Positions 35,706 through 39,874 of a stretch of DNA of 39,874 nucleotides are shown here, in pieces. The stretch is from Octopus bimaculoides (taxonomy: Eukaryota). Position numbers and translations under genes: made by a program. Where the stretch lies: positions 131,060,231 to 131,100,104 of the forward strand of contig NC_068982.1 of the NCBI RefSeq assembly GCF_001194135.2, written 5' to 3'. Within the stretch, counting starts at the first letter, position 1. Each line of letters starts with the position of its first letter. Below the pieces are notes generated by a model. It was not told where the DNA came from. It made no database searches and was given only the letters and a program-made list of their open reading frames with translations.

Positions 35706-36417
35706 TTATCAATTCGTTAAATTATTTATACATTCATTTTTGTTTTGTTTTCAAAACATATATTCAGAACATTTAAACCAATTCCAAATTAAGATTATCT
35801 TAACACATAGATTACATACATACATGCGGTTACAGAAATAATAATAATAATAAAAAAAAAAAAGTTATTAAATAAAAATAAGTAAATAAATTTTTTTAAA
35901 TAAATAATAATCAAAAGAATGGCTTCCTATGTTCTCATTAATTTATATGTATTTATAAATTGCATTTGAAAAGAAAATATTAAATTTTACAACCAGACAG
36001 TAGAGTAAATCAATTTTGACATAAAGATCCTGATTAACTATATAAAATTAACATAAATTTTTATGTTAATGTATTCAAATATGAACACATTTGTGTATAT
36101 AAATTACACAGAGAGAAGTATACAAAACTACAAATATAAACACACGTACAAGCATGCACACACACACAAATATATGCAAAAACCTATGTATGAACATGTA
36201 AATGTACAGGGGTACAAATATGTATGTAGATATTTTTAAAGATATACATAAAGATTTATAAGCACATTTGCATATACGTACATATACATATGCATATATG
36301 AACCAAGATGAGAGCTTCTACTCAGTAGTTCCACCTGCTACAAATAGGAGCAAAAAGAATCTCACTGTGTGTGTGTGTATGTGTGTGTGTGCATGCATGC
36401 ACACACGCATACACAAA

Positions 36418-36579
36418 ATCACCCAGCACACTCTGTAAAGTGGTTGATGTTAGGAAGGACATCCAGCCATAGAAACCATGTCAAAGCAGACTGGAGCCTG
36501 GTGCAGCTCTCCAGCTTGCCTGCTCTGGTCAAACCATCCAGCTAATGCCAGCATGGACAGTGGACATTATGATGATGAT
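36418..36579 (+). mobile_element. Family C element
   Basis: ACCCAGCACACTCTGTAAAGTGGTTG...CATCCAGCCATAGAAACCATG...ATGCCAGCATGG...ATGATGATG. Confidence 0.85.
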
Positions 36580-36590
36580 ATATATATAAC

Positions 36591-36869
36591 CTGTTCGAAG
36601 GTTATAAAGGACACAGGTTTCGTGTGTCACATAGCTAGCTAGAGGCGATGGCTTCTTGGAGCTAATTCACGGCAGCTTTCGTCCTAATTTTGGGACTGCC
36701 ATGTTGGCTTGGCGATAACTATTAATTTCCAGTACCGCTGCCGTAGTCTCCTTTAGAGAGACTTAGAAATATTAATAACTCTATTTCTGAAAACCAGTGG
36801 ATAGATTCCACTGAAATTAGATAAATAACCTTCGAGCAGATAGTCAGCAGCGCCGCCTGGCTAAGGCTT
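36591..36869. mobile_element. CpG-rich unclassified element edge with 15-bp inverted repeats, abutting gap
   Basis: CTGTTCGAAGGTTAT (36591-36605) vs ATAACCTTCGAGCAG (36825-36839), 14/15 complementary; 11 CpG in 279 bp. Confidence 0.5.
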
Positions 36870-37484
36870 NNNNNNNNNNNNNNNNNNNNNNNNNNNNNNN
36901 NNNNNNNNNNNNNNNNNNNNNNNNNNNNNNNNNNNNNNNNNNNNNNNNNNNNNNNNNNNNNNNNNNNNNNNNNNNNNNNNNNNNNNNNNNNNNNNNNNNN
37001 NNNNNNNNNNNNNNNNNNNNNNNNNNNNNNNNNNNNNNNNNNNNNNNNNNNNNNNNNNNNNNNNNNNNNNNNNNNNNNNNNNNNNNNNNNNNNNNNNNNN
37101 NNNNNNNNNNNNNNNNNNNNNNNNNNNNNNNNNNNNNNNNNNNNNNNNNNNNNNNNNNNNNNNNNNNNNNNNNNNNNNNNNNNNNNNNNNNNNNNNNNNN
37201 NNNNNNNNNNNNNNNNNNNNNNNNNNNNNNNNNNNNNNNNNNNNNNNNNNNNNNNNNNNNNNNNNNNNNNNNNNNNNNNNNNNNNNNNNNNNNNNNNNNN
37301 NNNNNNNNNNNNNNNNNNNNNNNNNNNNNNNNNNNNNNNNNNNNNNNNNNNNNNNNNNNNNNNNNNNNNNNNNNNNNNNNNNNNNNNNNNNNNNNNNNNN
37401 NNNNNNNNNNNNNNNNNNNNNNNNNNNNNNNNNNNNNNNNNNNNNNNNNNNNNNNNNNNNNNNNNNNNNNNNNNNNNNNNNNNN
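36870..37484. other. Assembly gap (615 N)
   Basis: Direct reading. Confidence 0.99.
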
Positions 37485-37749
37485 AGTGAAAGACCAAGGT
37501 AAATGTTAATAAAAAGATATTTTAATAACATAAATGTGAAAGGATACAGTTAATTTCATTTGAATTTCAAAATGATATCCTCCAAATGGTGATTTGTAAT
37601 TCTAATTGCAATACACTGTTGTCGTCTGTTTCTGAAGTTTTCCATCATTTAGCAAATGGAAAGTTTCTCTCTCTTTCTCTCTCTCTCTCTCCCTGTTTGC
37701 ACATGCACGTGCGTGTTGTCACACTCTAACTTTTCATCATCTAGAACAA

Positions 37750-38097
37750 GATCACCTCCTCTTATGGTCCCTCCCCACTCAAAAATTCCTTGTCTTGCAA
37801 AGTTACTTGGTGACCCTGCCAGTACAGGTGCCACTTAAAAACCACCCACTCCACACTGTAAAGTGGTTGATATCTAGAAGGGCAGCTAGCTGTAAAAATC
37901 ATGCCAAAACTGACCTCGCCTGTGCTGCTGCCACATAAAACGCACTCAGCCCACCCTGCAGAGTGGTTGGTGTTAGGAAAGGCATCCAGCTGTAAAAAAC
38001 CATGCCAAAACATACACAGAAAACTCCTGCTTGACCAGCTCCTGTCAAACTGTTCAACCCATGCCAGTATGGAAGGAGGGCGTTAAATGATGATGAT
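37750..38097 (+). mobile_element. Family C element with internal repeat units
   Basis: TTGCAAAGTTACTTGGTGACC..., two GTGCTGGTGCCAC-like units, AGGCATCCAGCTGTA...CCATGCCAGTATGG...TTAAATGATGATG. Confidence 0.8.

Positions 38098-38157
<60 letters not shown>
38098..38157. repeat. (TA)n microsatellite
   Basis: Direct reading. Confidence 0.97.
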
Positions 38158-38162
<5 letters not shown>

Positions 38163-38164
38163 TA

Positions 38165-38355
38165 TTTGCCATGATAGATCGCTAGCCACTATACCTTTTC
38201 CTATTTTCTCTCCCTGTTTATTTCTCTGTTCCTTCCTGTCGGAGAGCGTAGGCTCAAAACATAAGAGACTTTTTCACTTCCCGAGCATTAAACTGATACA
38301 TCTGTTTGTTGTTTACACACCCGTCTTCATCTTTTGTTTTTTTGTAAATTCTCAC
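38165..38355 (+). mobile_element. ~190-bp element between (TA)n tracts containing a decayed hammerhead-like motif (possible Penelope-derived non-autonomous element)
   Basis: CTGTCGG A GAGC GTAG GCTC AAAA CATA (38236-38263); (TA)n at 38098-38157 and 38356-38380. Confidence 0.5.
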
Positions 38356-38959
38356 TATATATATATATATATATATATATGTAACACACACCTCCATCCC
38401 TTCTCTTCATTTCCTGTCACGACCCCCTCCTTCTGTCTCTCTCTCTCACCCTCTCTATCATTTGCCCATTCTCTCTGCCCAATTGTTTATTACATTAGAT
38501 GAACACCAGTATTCCAGATACCATGCAACAACAATTCCTGATTTATTAAAATTATCTCAGCCTCTTAGAAGATGTATCATAATTACCAAATAGCAATTAT
38601 GACTAGGGAGATAATCTCAAGATTTAAGGAATCTCCAAAACTAACATGTCATTAAAAGAAAAAGACAGGCTTGTCTGGAAATGAGAGGACATTCACGGAC
38701 ATGTGTTTCTGGCTCAACAGCCTTTATTAGGAAAGACTTGTCTCCAGTAGCCAAAGGACTTGACTTACAGAATAGTCACAGCAGAGCTTCATTTTCACTA
38801 CTCTTACTCATACTATCTTTTCCCCTCTCTCCCTCTTTGTCTCTCTTTCCCCCCATCCTCCTCTTTCTATTTAACAGTCTGCTCATGACTGCTGATTCCA
38901 CAAACTGCTGGTTCCCACTCTGTCTGCCTCTTTAGTTATCTATTCAATCTACCACTCTT

Positions 38960-39116
38960 ATAATACATGGTCACAGTGGATGAGGAAGACTCTCCTGGAG
39001 ATGGGAACTGACTGGGACACTTGGAAAGTTATTTGTAATGACCTGAGCAGATACCAACAAATGGTGAATGCAGAGACATGCAGCAGTGGCACATGCTCCC
39101 ATATCTGACCTGACCT
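38960..39116 (+). mobile_element. Degraded RTE/RTE-X-type LINE C-terminal remnant
   Basis: QWMRKTLLEMGTDWDTWKVICNDLSRYQQMVNAETC resembles the W..+.E.G..W......DR..W..+V.A.C pattern; CTGACCTGACCT tail at 39105-39116. Confidence 0.45.
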
Positions 39117-39340
39117 TATAATATATTATCTCTCTCTCTCTCTCTTTCATCTCTCTCAGCACACATACTGCTTTCTCTTTCTATCTAGTTCAATAGGGAA
39201 AGGGGAAACCAAAAGAAAAGCATCATGTGACTGCCACTACTTTACTTCACACTAAGGCTGACAATCCACAATTGGCTGCCATTAACTATAGCAGCAGCCA
39301 CAATATAAAGTAGGCTGGGTGAATAAAAAAAATATAAACA

Positions 39341-39482
39341 ATAGGCGTAGGAGTGGCTGTGTGGTAAGTAGCTTGCTTACGAACCACATGGCACCTTGGG
39401 CAAGTGTCTTCTACTATAGCCTCAGGCCGACCAAAGCCTTGTGAGTGGATTTGATAGTCGGAAACTGAAAGAAGTCTGTTGT
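39341..39482 (+). mobile_element. Family A 5' half lacking the B box
   Basis: ATAGGCGTAGGAGTGGCTGTGTGG...ACCACATGG|CACCTTGGGCAAG; 25-nt deletion relative to the adjacent copy. Confidence 0.9.
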
Positions 39483-39491
39483 ACATATACA

Positions 39492-39874
39492 CTTTTACAC
39501 TTTTACTTGTTTCAGTCTTTTGACTGCGGCCATGCTGGAGCACCGCCTTTAGTCGAAGAAATCGACCCCAGGACTTATTCTTTGGAAGCCTAGTACTTAT
39601 TCTATCGGTCTCTTTTGCCGAACCACTAAGTTACGGGGACATAAACACACCAGCATCGGTTGTCAAGCGATGTTGGGGGGACAAACACAGACATACAAAC
39701 ACACACACACACACATACACATATATATACACATATACGACGGGCTTCTTTCAGTTTCCGTCTACCAAATCCACTCACAAGGCATTGGTCGGCCCGAGGC
39801 TATAGTAGAAGGCACTTGCCCAAGATGCCACGCAGTGGGACTGAACCCGGGACCATGTGGTTGGTAAGCAAGCT
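39492..39874 (-). mobile_element. Young family A SINE, head cut by window end
   Basis: CpG-intact; B box GGGTTCAGTCC at about 39849-39839; near-identical to 23198-23516. Confidence 0.93.

Noticed and set aside
36591-36839. Resemblance of the inverted ends (ATAACCTTCG / CGAAGGTTAT) to loxP arms
   Set aside because: Only about 9 matching bases with an insertion, wrong orientation on the linear DNA, and any joined TIR pair forms a palindrome; no recombinase gene nearby.

Overview
AT-rich animal genomic DNA, not prokaryotic. It is dominated by tRNA-derived SINEs, LINE remnants and microsatellites, with two N-gaps (23517-24168, 36870-37484). The repeat families look like octopod cephalopod (Octopus-like) families; this is from memory and was not checked by search. 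Only one convincing exon was found (3527-3730, minus strand, 204 nt), so most of the window is probably intron of a large minus-strand gene. Working family labels: A = tRNA head + CORE-like segment + microsatellite linker + AAAAGAG-type tail; B = tRNA head + Meta-like segment; C and D = RTE-type 3' tails ending CCATGC-NN-GCATGG...(GAT)n; E = tRNA head + V-like segment; G = Helentron-associated (HINE/DINE-1-like) element; H = tRNA-headed element carrying a minimal hammerhead-ribozyme motif. The best lead is family H at 14.4-14.9 kb: two head-to-head arms, each ending in a Penelope-type minimal hammerhead core. Two further, unrelated hammerhead-like relics lie at 8.6 kb and 38.2 kb. The window also holds unusually clean inverted repeats (a 164-bp loopless palindrome, and 182-bp arms with only 3 mismatches). 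No rRNA, intact tRNA gene or CRISPR array was seen. Nearly all supplied ORFs are microsatellite, repeat or gap artefacts. Element boundaries were read by eye and are approximate unless TSDs or motifs are quoted.
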